From contig CAWDKY010000032.1 in NCBI GenBank assembly GCA_963802945.1, forward strand, positions 77,797-141,796: a stretch of 64,000 nucleotides of DNA, written 5' to 3'. Positions 30,481 to 38,945 of the stretch are shown here, piece after piece. The notes under the pieces are model-generated. The model had not been told where the DNA came from and searched no databases. It saw only the letters and a list, made by a program, of their open reading frames with translations. Each line of letters starts with the position of its first letter. Position 1 is the stretch's first letter. This DNA comes from an uncultured delta proteobacterium. Its GTDB lineage: Bacteria > Desulfobacterota > RBG-13-43-22. Both the position numbers and the translations under genes were made by a program.

Positions 30481-31251
30481 ATGGAACCTAAGCTATCCAC
30501 GATCAAGAGACTGTTCGCTCTTTCGGGCAATCAATGCGCATTCCAAGGATGCTCTGCTCCCATTGTTGAGGGTAGCGGCTCGATAACAGGTGTTGTGTGC
30601 CACATCTGCGCACGAAGTCCTGGCGGACCTCGCTACTACCCCATGCAAACCGATGAGGATCGACACGGATTCGAGAATCTTGTCTTGATGTGTGCCCGAC
30701 ACAGCAAACTCATAGACAATGAGCCGGAGCGGTACTCACCAAAATTTTTGCGAGACATGAAGACCATGCACGAAAAAGGTGGGTCGATAGAATTGTCAGC
30801 ATTACAAGCTCATATGGCTACACTCCTTTGGGAAAACTACAAGTCAATTCACATCTCAGCTGGTGGCCATGTCATGGTCAACAGCCCAGGCGCAATACAA
30901 GCTGAAAAAGTCACTATCAAAACAAATCGAGCCAGCATCAGGCCTGCTCTTCGCGAAGGCACGATCGCTGCGGATCGCTCCAAACGAAATTACGTGAAAC
31001 ACCTCATCGACCAGTATAACAATTTTGCCTCAAAGCAACCGGGGCGGAAGTTTTCGTTCGTAGCGATTTATGCTGATATCAAGAAACGTTTCGGGGCGCA
31101 TTGGGAAGAAAATGCTATTGAGAAATTTCCTGATATAGTGGCATACTTACAGCAACGAACTGACGGGACAAGGTTGGGAAGGATCAACCACGGAAAAGGC
31201 TATCCCAATTATTCGACATACGAAGAGTATAGGCGGAAATATCGGGAGTAA
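30481..31251 (+). CDS. HNH-domain protein with C-terminal ORF6C-like helical domain
   Basis: TIKRLFALSGNQCAFQGC...HICARSPGGPRY...NLVLMCARH; C-terminal IYADIKKRFG. Confidence 0.75.
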   Translation: MEPKLSTIKRLFALSGNQCAFQGCSAPIVEGSGSITGVVCHICARSPGGPRYYPMQTDEDRHGFENLVLMCARHSKLIDNEPERYSPKFLRDMKTMHEKGGSIELSALQAHMATLLWENYKSIHISAGGHVMVNSPGAIQAEKVTIKTNRASIRPALREGTIAADRSKRNYVKHLIDQYNNFASKQPGRKFSFVAIYADIKKRFGAHWEENAIEKFPDIVAYLQQRTDGTRLGRINHGKGYPNYSTYEEYRRKYRE

Positions 31252-31259
31252 TAAAGCGT

Positions 31260-31407
31260 AGAATAAGGTCAGGTTATTGGTCTCGATGTATTACTAAGAC
31301 CTTAATAAAAGATCCGTTTCTATTCTATTTATTTCAGAAGAGTTGGGTATGCTCAATAAAGGCCTGAAATGCGATTTGGCGTGTACGGATGTAAACAGGG
31401 ACTTTAT
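31260..31407. repeat. RAYT-associated repeat R3 plus 60-bp duplicated tail
   Basis: AAGGTCAGG...GTCTCGATGTATTACTAAGACCTTAATAAAAGATCC; 31348-31407 (TATGCTCAATAAAGG...GATGTAAACAGGG.CTTTAT) recurs at 32287-32346. Confidence 0.8.
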
Positions 31408-31559
31408 CCTTCCAAATGGCTTTGGGGACGCTGGTAAGAAAATAAATTATCAAAAGGAATATATGAGTTGTTTGCCGCATATCCCGAATGAGTTTCTTAT
31501 TTATTTATCAGCATCCCAATGTGTCTATAGATAGAAGCCGTTTTTTTAACAAACGGCAT

Positions 31560-31712
31560 TTATCCGTCATTTAGATTTTTCTTTTTGTCCTGCCCTTCAA
31601 CCTGGCAGGAAGATTTAGACATTCAGCCCTGGATGCCGAATTTCGGAAAAACCCACCGATTCAGGGCATACCAACCGGCAATAATAATCAACAACCAGAT
31701 AATTGTTTTCAT
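31560..31712 (-). CDS. Uncalled 50-aa membrane protein, candidate selenoprotein (UGA at codon 30)
   Basis: MKTIIWLLIIIAGWYALNRWVFPKFGIQG-UGA-MSKSSCQVEGQDKKKNLNDG*; AAGGA RBS; SECIS-like hairpin after the UGA. Confidence 0.65.
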
Positions 31713-31753
31713 TTTCCATCCTTAATGAAACCTAAGAACTCACGGTTCTTAAA

Positions 31754-31972
31754 TTACGAAGCTCATGAAAATCCCGAAGAAGAGGGGCCGCAGGAAGAGG
31801 AAAAAGACGCCTCATTCCCCGACTGCTCCCCCGCCTTGGAAAACGCTGATAACAGTCGAATGACCTTTTCTCCTTTACAATAAGGGCATTGAACCGTTTT
31901 ATCTTTTGAATTCAAGATTATTTTTTCAAAGGTTCGGGAACAATCAGAACATTGATATTCATAAATAGGCAT
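31754..31972 (-). CDS. FmdB-family zinc-ribbon protein, candidate C-terminal Sec (...GFS-U-AS*)
   Basis: MPIYEYQCSDC...CPYC; UGA at 31763-31765 followed by two codons, TAA and a SECIS-like hairpin. Confidence 0.8.
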
Positions 31973-32209
31973 ATTCATCCTCCTTCCCGTTTTCGAAGAA
32001 TATTTAATAAAATAATGATAAATCCCTTTTTGTCAAGGGTCGAATCATATTAAATGCTACCAAGATGGTAGTAAAATAGGGAACGTTGATTCATAATTAC
32101 TGTTACTGAGGGATGTAGATTCCATTCATCATAACTCTCAAGTTACTCCCTCCCCCTCCGTTCGTTTGAACAAGGGCTTGCCAATGGGATCAGGTCAAGA
32201 GTAAATAAC

Positions 32210-32346
32210 AGAATCAGGTCTTTTGTCTTGATCTTTTGCTAATACCAGAATAAAAGACCCTAATAGTTCACAACGGGAGAATTTGTTATGCTCAATAAAG
32301 GCTTAAAGTGCAATTTGGGGTGCACCGATGTAAACAGGGGCTTTAT
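32210..32346. repeat. RAYT-associated repeat R4 plus 60-bp duplicated tail
   Basis: AGAATCAGGTCTTTTGTCTTGATCTTTTGCTAATACCAGAATAAAAGACCC, directly upstream of the RAYT gene. Confidence 0.8.
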
Positions 32347-32405
32347 AAACAAGGAGTCAGGGCTGCTCTTGATTCTTATTAATACTTTATGAAAAAGATT
32401 GGAAT

Positions 32406-33386
32406 ATGTCCAGACCATTGAGAATAGAATACCCGGATGCCTGGTATTATGTCATGAATCGTGGGAGACCGAGAGAGGAAGTCTTCACCGGCCCAAAAGA
32501 CTACAGGCAATTTATTGAAGTCATAAATGAAACAGCGGGGATTTGGAAACTGCGGGTAGCGGCCTATGGTTTGATGCCCAATCATTATCACCTTTTAGTT
32601 CAGACACCCCATGGCAACCTGTCCCGCTGTCTGCGCCACATCGATGGGGTGTATACCCAGAGATTCAATCGAGCCCACGGCACTAACGGGCCATTATTCC
32701 GGGGGCGCTACAAGTCGATTCTGGTCGAAGCCGACAGTTATTTGCTCCCTCTGGTAAGGTATATTCATCGGAATCCCTTGAGGGCCGGTTTGGCAAAAAC
32801 AATGGCTAGGTATCCCTGGAGCAGTCACAAGGATTACTTGTCGAGTGCCGAAATGAACCGTTGGTTCAATAAAGCCTTTGTACTTTCCATGTTTTCTGGG
32901 AAAAAGCAAGAGAGGCTAAGGGATTATCGACGGTTTGTTTCCTTGAAAGATGAAGAGGAAATTATAGAGATTTTAGGGAGAAAGAAGTGGCCGTCGGTTT
33001 TAGGTTCGAGAGATTTTATCTATCGGATAAAAGAGAGGTTTTATTCGGGCCAGACAGATAATGAAGTACAACGGTCCAAGGCATTGGCTCCGAAGGTAAA
33101 GCAAATCCAAGAAGCAATAGAAAAATTTTATAGGATCAGCAGGAAAGCTTTGATGTCTTCCCAACGGGGAGTTTTCAATGAACCGAGGAATATGGCCATT
33201 TATTTGACACGCCAGTTGAGAGGGGACAGTTTAAACCAGATCGGCCTGGATTTTCGTATGAACAATTACAGTTCGGCGAGCAGTGCAATTGAAAGAACCA
33301 AACGGTTGATGGCCGAGGACAGGAAGTTAAGAACAAAGGCAAAAAAACTCTTTTTTCAGTTGAGCAAGAGTCAAAAGCAGACTTGA
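32406..33386 (+). CDS. REP-associated tyrosine transposase (RAYT, HUH Y1) with C-terminal DnaA-C-like HTH
   Basis: MSRPLRIEYPDA, MPNHYHLL (HUH), LFRGRYKS, YIHRNP, YPWSS; RNMAIYL...SLNQIG. Confidence 0.93.
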   Translation: MSRPLRIEYPDAWYYVMNRGRPREEVFTGPKDYRQFIEVINETAGIWKLRVAAYGLMPNHYHLLVQTPHGNLSRCLRHIDGVYTQRFNRAHGTNGPLFRGRYKSILVEADSYLLPLVRYIHRNPLRAGLAKTMARYPWSSHKDYLSSAEMNRWFNKAFVLSMFSGKKQERLRDYRRFVSLKDEEEIIEILGRKKWPSVLGSRDFIYRIKERFYSGQTDNEVQRSKALAPKVKQIQEAIEKFYRISRKALMSSQRGVFNEPRNMAIYLTRQLRGDSLNQIGLDFRMNNYSSASSAIERTKRLMAEDRKLRTKAKKLFFQLSKSQKQT

Positions 33387-33459
33387 CTCCTACGCGGCCC
33401 CTCCCAGGGAAAAGGCCCGATGGGAGGCCATCGATTATTTTGTGAAAGTCAGGATTTAA

Positions 33460-35112
33460 CTATACAGATATTGTCAACTTTGCTGGTGACTTTCTTCCTT
33501 GTTTATTCCAGTCAAGTGTTTTTTATCTTTTAAGGCGTTATAGGTTTTGCCCTACCAGGCGGGTTCCCCATCGCTCTGTGACATCCTACCCAACCCTTGT
33601 AATTAGAAAGTCGTCTGAGAGACGCTTTTACCTTGCTCAATTGGAGTTAGGATGTTGACGGGGAGTCATGGACTCTGTACTGGGAGGTCGCTTAAGCGCC
33701 TCAATGGAAGAAAACGATGATCTCCCCGCCTGTGTGCTCATCCCTTAGGCAGCCTTTTTGAGCACTCTCCTTTCGGGGGCCTGGTATTGTCCCACATAGT
33801 CGTTGTCGTCCCGAACGATGGCATGGATGATCCCTAAGAGCTTCCTCGATACGGCAATCAGCGCCCTCATCCTGCCCATGCCCCTGTCGGTCAGTCTGAT
33901 ATAATACTCATACAGGATTCCATTCTTTCTTATCGTTTGGATAGCCGCATAGAACAGGATTTTTCTCAGAAGGCTCCGGCCCTTCTTGGATATCCTTCTC
34001 TGCCCTTTTCTTTTCCCCGAACTGATCTCGTAGAGGTCAAGCCCCGCCAGCTTCAGGATTTCGGACTGGGAACTGAACTTCGAAAAATCTCCCACCTCGC
34101 CAATGAGACCGGCCACTGATACTATTCCCAGGCCTTTGATCGACAACAACCTGGAGCTAAAGGGTATCCGTTCGAGGGTGGATTCCATCTCGGCTTCTAT
34201 CTCGGCCATAAAGCGCTTTTCAGCTTCAAGCTGTAGGAGGATATGCCGGATGTCCCTGACGATACCGGCCAGACCCTCTTGGATACCTACCGTCCCTTGT
34301 GCCAGGGCAATCAGAGACTCCGCATCTTGAAAACCGAACTTGCCCCGGCTCCGTTTCCACATCTCTTCCCCCAGCGCCTTCTTGGATAAGCTGCCTATCC
34401 TTTCAGGAGTGGTATATCTTTTCAGGAGGTACTGAGCCGTCTTGCCCCGGATTTCCTTCAACACGGTTTTGAATTCAGGGAAGATAAGGTAGACGAGCTG
34501 CTGGAGTTGATTGAGCAGTGCGGTCCGCTCTCCCACGTGCCGTTCCCGGGCGTGGGTCAACATCCTCAGATAGGCCGCATCCCCCTCGGGGACAATGATG
34601 GTCAAAGCCCTTCCTAGTCGGATGATATCCGCGATCACCCTCGGGTCCTTATCGTCCGTCTTCAACGGAGAGTTGTCATTGACTTCCTTCATCTTCTTCG
34701 TGTGCATGGGGTTGACCTGGACCATTTTGACCTGTTTATCCGCAAGATAATGGACCAGGGGTTCAGCATAGGGGCCTGTAGATTCATAGCCAACGAGCAC
34801 CTCATCACATCCAAAACGGTTCTTACTCGCTATAGTCATACCCCAAAACTTTTCGAATCCTTCCCGGGTGTTGCCAAACCTGAAAGTCTTGGTGCTTCTC
34901 CCGTCCATGGTTGTGCAATACCCTGTGTTGCTGGCTAAGCCTATATCCACCGTGGCAATCAGCGTGCCTTCCTTCACCGTTTTTACCCTTTTCGCCCTCA
35001 GTTCTCTCATTGTCATCTCCTCCTTGTTTCCTAATCGGAATAAACAGCTCCAGAAAAGGAGGATATCCTTACTTCTTGTTCCCCTCAATCATGAACTACA
35101 ATATAGCAAGCT
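33460..35112 (-). mobile_element. IS110/IS1111-family element (inferred ends)
   Basis: CT dinucleotide at both ends (+ strand); joined ends give TTGACA-17-TATATT; about 285-bp non-coding 3' region. Confidence 0.75.
33745..35016 (-). CDS. IS110-family DEDD recombinase/transposase
   Basis: VDIG, YESTG, KTDDKD, SSGK, GRSLLRKILF; AGGAGG RBS before MTMREL. Confidence 0.96.
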   Translation of the reverse strand: MTMRELRAKRVKTVKEGTLIATVDIGLASNTGYCTTMDGRSTKTFRFGNTREGFEKFWGMTIASKNRFGCDEVLVGYESTGPYAEPLVHYLADKQVKMVQVNPMHTKKMKEVNDNSPLKTDDKDPRVIADIIRLGRALTIIVPEGDAAYLRMLTHARERHVGERTALLNQLQQLVYLIFPEFKTVLKEIRGKTAQYLLKRYTTPERIGSLSKKALGEEMWKRSRGKFGFQDAESLIALAQGTVGIQEGLAGIVRDIRHILLQLEAEKRFMAEIEAEMESTLERIPFSSRLLSIKGLGIVSVAGLIGEVGDFSKFSSQSEILKLAGLDLYEISSGKRKGQRRISKKGRSLLRKILFYAAIQTIRKNGILYEYYIRLTDRGMGRMRALIAVSRKLLGIIHAIVRDDNDYVGQYQAPERRVLKKAA

Positions 35113-35215
35113 GAACTCGTGATTTTCTAAGATCCTCCTTCCATGCAACCTTCGATTAGTAATCAATAATTCTTGTATCAGCGGACAGTAAGAATATTTT
35201 TTCAAAAAATAAAGC

Positions 35216-35250
35216 TTGACAAGTGAAAGTAGATGTGTTAGCATGCTAAC
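35216..35250 (+). promoter_or_regulatory. marR promoter with overlapping operator palindrome
   Basis: TTGACA-17-TAGCAT; perfect palindrome GTTAGCATGCTAAC at 35237-35250. Confidence 0.75.
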
Positions 35251-35269
35251 TAATAAGGAGGAAGTAAAT

Positions 35270-35702
35270 ATGCCACTTCTCGACCCATTCGAAAGCCTCG
35301 GCTTTCACTGCCATCTTACACTCAAGGCTTTCATCGGTACTCTACAGAGAAAGCTTAAGGGTACAGACGTGAGTCCAGCCCAGCTTGTAGCCCTTGCGCA
35401 CCTTATTGCCTTAGGACCGCTGTCCCAGTCCGAACTCGGTGACCGCCTTTTTATCACGCGGGCTACCGCTGTGCGGCTTGTGGACCGTATGGAGCGGGAC
35501 GGGTGGGTAAATCGCCAGATTGATCCTAAGGATAGCCGTGTGAAACGTGTAGTGCCTACGAAGAAAGCGACCGAGGTGTGGGAGGAGGTGTCTTGGGCGG
35601 GTCGGGGAGCTCTTGGATCAGGCCTATCGTGGCGTCCACCCTGCTGAGATCGAGACCGTAAAGCGGGTACTGGAGCGAGTGCGGCGGAACCTAAAGGGAT
35701 AA
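35270..35702 (+). CDS. MarR-family regulator, frameshift near 35605
   Basis: SQSELG...LVDRMERDGWVNRQIDPKDSR; second frame ends ...RVRRNLKG*. Confidence 0.88.
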
Positions 35703-35718
35703 TTTTTTTGATAATATT

Positions 35719-35732
35719 GTTAGTATACAAAC
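35719..35732. promoter_or_regulatory. Second putative MarR operator upstream of the cupin gene
   Basis: GTTAGTATACAAAC, 11/14 identical to GTTAGCATGCTAAC. Confidence 0.6.
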
Positions 35733-35816
35733 ATTTTTCACTTTTGCTTTAACCGAAAACGCGATAAAGATTTCATTCATTTTGTAAAAAGACTACTTAT
35801 CGGAGGAGGATAGTGT

Positions 35817-36218
35817 ATGAAAAAGAAAAACTCTGCCGAAGTTATACCCCGTGAAATGAAGAACGAAGGTATCAAAGGTGTTTTTGCCCGTTATCTCTGG
35901 TCAACAGACGACGGCTGCAAGAATTTTGCCATGCGAGTATTTGAATTTGAAGCGGGTGGTTACACTTCTTATCATTCGCATCTCGAAGATCACGAATTTT
36001 ATTTCCTTGAAGGCGAGCCTGCATATGTTGATGCTGATGGTAATGAAGTTCGTTTAGCCCCTGGCGATACAATTTATTGTCCTCCTAGAGAGCCGCACCA
36101 AATTAAGAATATGGGTAGGGCAAAAATGAGAATGATCTGCGTGATTCCGATTCTCGGGAGCGGCGATGGGAAGATGAGTACGGGTTATGTGAGGAGAGAG
36201 AAGCACAAGGGAGAGTGA
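35817..36218 (+). CDS. Cupin-domain protein
   Basis: FAMRVFEFEAGGYTSYHSHLEDHE...EPHQIKN. Confidence 0.9.
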   Translation: MKKKNSAEVIPREMKNEGIKGVFARYLWSTDDGCKNFAMRVFEFEAGGYTSYHSHLEDHEFYFLEGEPAYVDADGNEVRLAPGDTIYCPPREPHQIKNMGRAKMRMICVIPILGSGDGKMSTGYVRREKHKGE

Positions 36219-36270
36219 TTATTTGATGTGGTAGAGGAATAAAACTTTTACCAGAAAGGGAGGTACTGTC

Positions 36271-36750
36271 ATGTTTGCCACGGCATTGTATGTTTTGACC
36301 GGCTTGCTGCTTTTTATCTCTTTTCGTAAAGACAGAAAAAAAACCATTCAGGGATTAAAAAAATCATGGAAGGCTTTTGAAAATATCTTACCCCTGTTCC
36401 TTTCGATCATCATGATTATCGGGCTGGGGCTTGCCCTCTTAAGCCCCCAGGTAATATCAAAGTGGATGGGCGAAAAATCCGCCTGGCTTGGAATAGCGGC
36501 TGCGGCCTTTATCGGCTCGGTGACTCTGATACCGGGTTGGATTACCTTTCCTTTAGCCGCTGTCTTATTAAAGAGTGGAGCAGGCTTAATCCAGATAACC
36601 GTGTTTGTGTCCACTTCCATGATGGTTGGAGTTGTCACCATGCCTGCGGAAATAAGATATCTTGGACGAAAAGTCGCTGTTTTTAGAAATACCCTAGCCC
36701 TTGTTTTTTCCTTCATCGTATCCTTGATTATGTGGGAGGTGCTAAAATGA
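36271..36750 (+). CDS. Predicted permease (DUF318/ArsP-like), subunit 1
   Basis: Hydrophobic; GSVTLIPGWITFPLAA, EIRYLG. Confidence 0.8.
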   Translation: MFATALYVLTGLLLFISFRKDRKKTIQGLKKSWKAFENILPLFLSIIMIIGLGLALLSPQVISKWMGEKSAWLGIAAAAFIGSVTLIPGWITFPLAAVLLKSGAGLIQITVFVSTSMMVGVVTMPAEIRYLGRKVAVFRNTLALVFSFIVSLIMWEVLK

Positions 36751-37283
36751 TAAACTTGTTTAAAAGATATAGATTTTTTTTGGCAATGGTTTTAATTAAT
36801 CTGATTTTGTTGTGGTTAAACTTGGAAGCAGGATTAAGATCCTTCAAAATATCAGCCGACAACATGCTTCAAGTCTTTCTTATCATCCCGCCTATTTTTA
36901 TTCTGCTCGGCCTGTTGGATATTTGGGTGAAGAGAGAAACCATGATCAAATTGATGGGAGAAAGCTCAGGTTTACTCGGAATAACCATTGCTTTCTTACT
37001 GGGGTCTTTTGCTGCCGGTCCCCTTTATGCGGCTTTCCCTGTTGCAGGTGTTTTGTTAAATAAGGGAAGCAGGTTTTCTAACATAATCATTTTTATAGGC
37101 GCCTGGTCGACTACCAAAATCCCTATGTTATTATTTGAAACATCAACCATGGGTTGGAGGTTCATGCTGATAAGATTTATTCTGGACATCTTTGGGATCA
37201 CAGCCATTGCCTATCTCACCGAAAAGATAATGACCACCCAGGAGAAAGAGATTATTTATCAAAATGCCAATATGCTTGCGTGA
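36747..37283 (+). CDS. Predicted permease (DUF318/ArsP-like), subunit 2
   Basis: PPIFILLGLLDIWV, AGPLYAAFP, WSTTKIPM; ATGA-coupled to the previous gene. Confidence 0.8.
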   Translation: MINLFKRYRFFLAMVLINLILLWLNLEAGLRSFKISADNMLQVFLIIPPIFILLGLLDIWVKRETMIKLMGESSGLLGITIAFLLGSFAAGPLYAAFPVAGVLLNKGSRFSNIIIFIGAWSTTKIPMLLFETSTMGWRFMLIRFILDIFGITAIAYLTEKIMTTQEKEIIYQNANMLA

Positions 37284-37284
37284 T

Positions 37285-37460
37285 TAAAAACATATTCTAT
37301 CGAGATATTGACCATCTTTTCCTCCTCCGGTGCGGACAATGATTGGGGACCTTTCCAGCACTGAACGTGTTCTAAAGGGGTTGCATATTGGTTTAACAGT
37401 GTTTGTTTGATTAAGTATCTTTGCGAACAAATCATTCCTTCACCACCCCACTCACTTTCA
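37285..37460. repeat. 176-bp direct repeat, left copy
   Basis: Matches 42180-42355 with one mismatch seen (GGACAAT/GGACAGT). Confidence 0.95.
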
Positions 37461-37541
37461 GAGGTGATGTTGTGAGAAGGAGAACATTTAATCATTTAGT
37501 AAAAGGGATTCAGAGTTTAACTTTGTGGGAGGTCAGAGTCT

Positions 37542-38945
37542 ATGAGGAAAATTAGGTTTGCGCCGGTGATCTTTATGGTGAGTCTCCTGCTCACCACTAC
37601 TTCTTCGGCACAAGGCATGGATCAGCAAGCTGGAGGCGTTCGGGGAATAGAAGATCAAGCCACCGCACAAGGAAATGATTATCAGGCACTGAGCCTCGAG
37701 GATTGCCTGGCCTTGGCTCATAAGTACAACCCCCTTCTGGGAGCCAGCCGAGAGAAGATCCGGGAATTGGTGGCCGACTATGATGCGGCGCAATCAAAAT
37801 TTTTCCCTTTGCTTGTCCTGGGATCTTATTATCAACGACTTGCCCCTGACAGGCTGCCACCGGGCGGCTCTCTCCCGCCCGGCCAGCAGTTGTTTGGCCT
37901 TGAGACTCTCAGCAGTGTTACCGGGAAACAAATAATATTCGACGGCTTAAAAACCTATTACAGTTCCCGGGCCGCTAAGATTGGTATTAGAGCCCATAGA
38001 ATGGAAGTGCAACAAACCGGAGATGAAGTGGCCTTTGCGGTGACCGAGGCATTCCACCGCTTGATAGAAGCCAAAGAGAATCTTAAGGTGGCCGAGGAGA
38101 CTCTGCAGCAACGACAGGATTTTGCCAGACTCACCGAGGCCTTTTTTAAGGCCGGTAAGGTTACCCGCCTGGATTCCTTTCGCGCTCAATCCCAGGTTTC
38201 AGACGCAGAACAGGCAAGAGTAGAGGCGGAAAACGGGGTTCGCATGGCCAGGGAAATTTTGAGCCGCACCTTGGGGCTAAAAGAGCAAGTCGAGGTGGAT
38301 ATTCGGGGGCAACTGTCCGAGCAGTTCGCTCCGGCGGGTACTGTCGAGTCATTGTGGCAGGAAGCGTTAAAAAATAATCCTGAAATCAAGTCACTCGATT
38401 TAGGAATAGAGCAGAGCCAGGCGTCAATCAAAGCAGCCCGGGGCGGGTATTTCCCGGAGATCAGCCTGCAAGGAAGCGGCGGGGTGCGCCACCGGAACGT
38501 GGGCGGCACGGAGCCGGAATGGCTGTTTGGGGTCTTTATGGAATATCCCTTTTTTGAAGGAGGATTGACCAAAGCTCAGGTGGCCAAGGCTTCCTCCCAG
38601 AAGCTGCAGCTATTGGAGAAAAAGCGCGACTTCCTCAACACCCTCAAGGTAGATCTCACCACTGCCAGGACGGACCAGGAGAACTCACGCCAGGGGGTAG
38701 TTACCAGCCGGCAAACTGTAGCCACCAACGAAGAGGCATACGCCAGTGCCCAAACCCTTTACCGGAATGGCAAGGCCATCGGCCTGGATGTGTTGCAGGC
38801 GCAAGTGGAGCTCACCAGCTCTCGGTTCACCTTCATCAAATACGCGGTGGCATACGAAGTCGCCCGGGCGCGGATCAAGCAATTGGTCGGCTCCGGAGTA
38901 TCCAAACCTTATCAACAAACCGACATTGGGGGGCAAGAGAAATGA
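37542..38945 (+). CDS. TolC-family outer membrane efflux protein
   Basis: Signal peptide, two OEP repeats (ALAHKYNP, ALKNNPEI, YFPEISL). Confidence 0.92.
   Translation: MRKIRFAPVIFMVSLLLTTTSSAQGMDQQAGGVRGIEDQATAQGNDYQALSLEDCLALAHKYNPLLGASREKIRELVADYDAAQSKFFPLLVLGSYYQRLAPDRLPPGGSLPPGQQLFGLETLSSVTGKQIIFDGLKTYYSSRAAKIGIRAHRMEVQQTGDEVAFAVTEAFHRLIEAKENLKVAEETLQQRQDFARLTEAFFKAGKVTRLDSFRAQSQVSDAEQARVEAENGVRMAREILSRTLGLKEQVEVDIRGQLSEQFAPAGTVESLWQEALKNNPEIKSLDLGIEQSQASIKAARGGYFPEISLQGSGGVRHRNVGGTEPEWLFGVFMEYPFFEGGLTKAQVAKASSQKLQLLEKKRDFLNTLKVDLTTARTDQENSRQGVVTSRQTVATNEEAYASAQTLYRNGKAIGLDVLQAQVELTSSRFTFIKYAVAYEVARARIKQLVGSGVSKPYQQTDIGGQEK

Noticed and set aside
28849-32262. Repeats R1-R4 as a CRISPR array
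   Set aside because: The repeats are divergent, 0.4-1.9 kb apart, separated by whole genes, and no cas genes are present.
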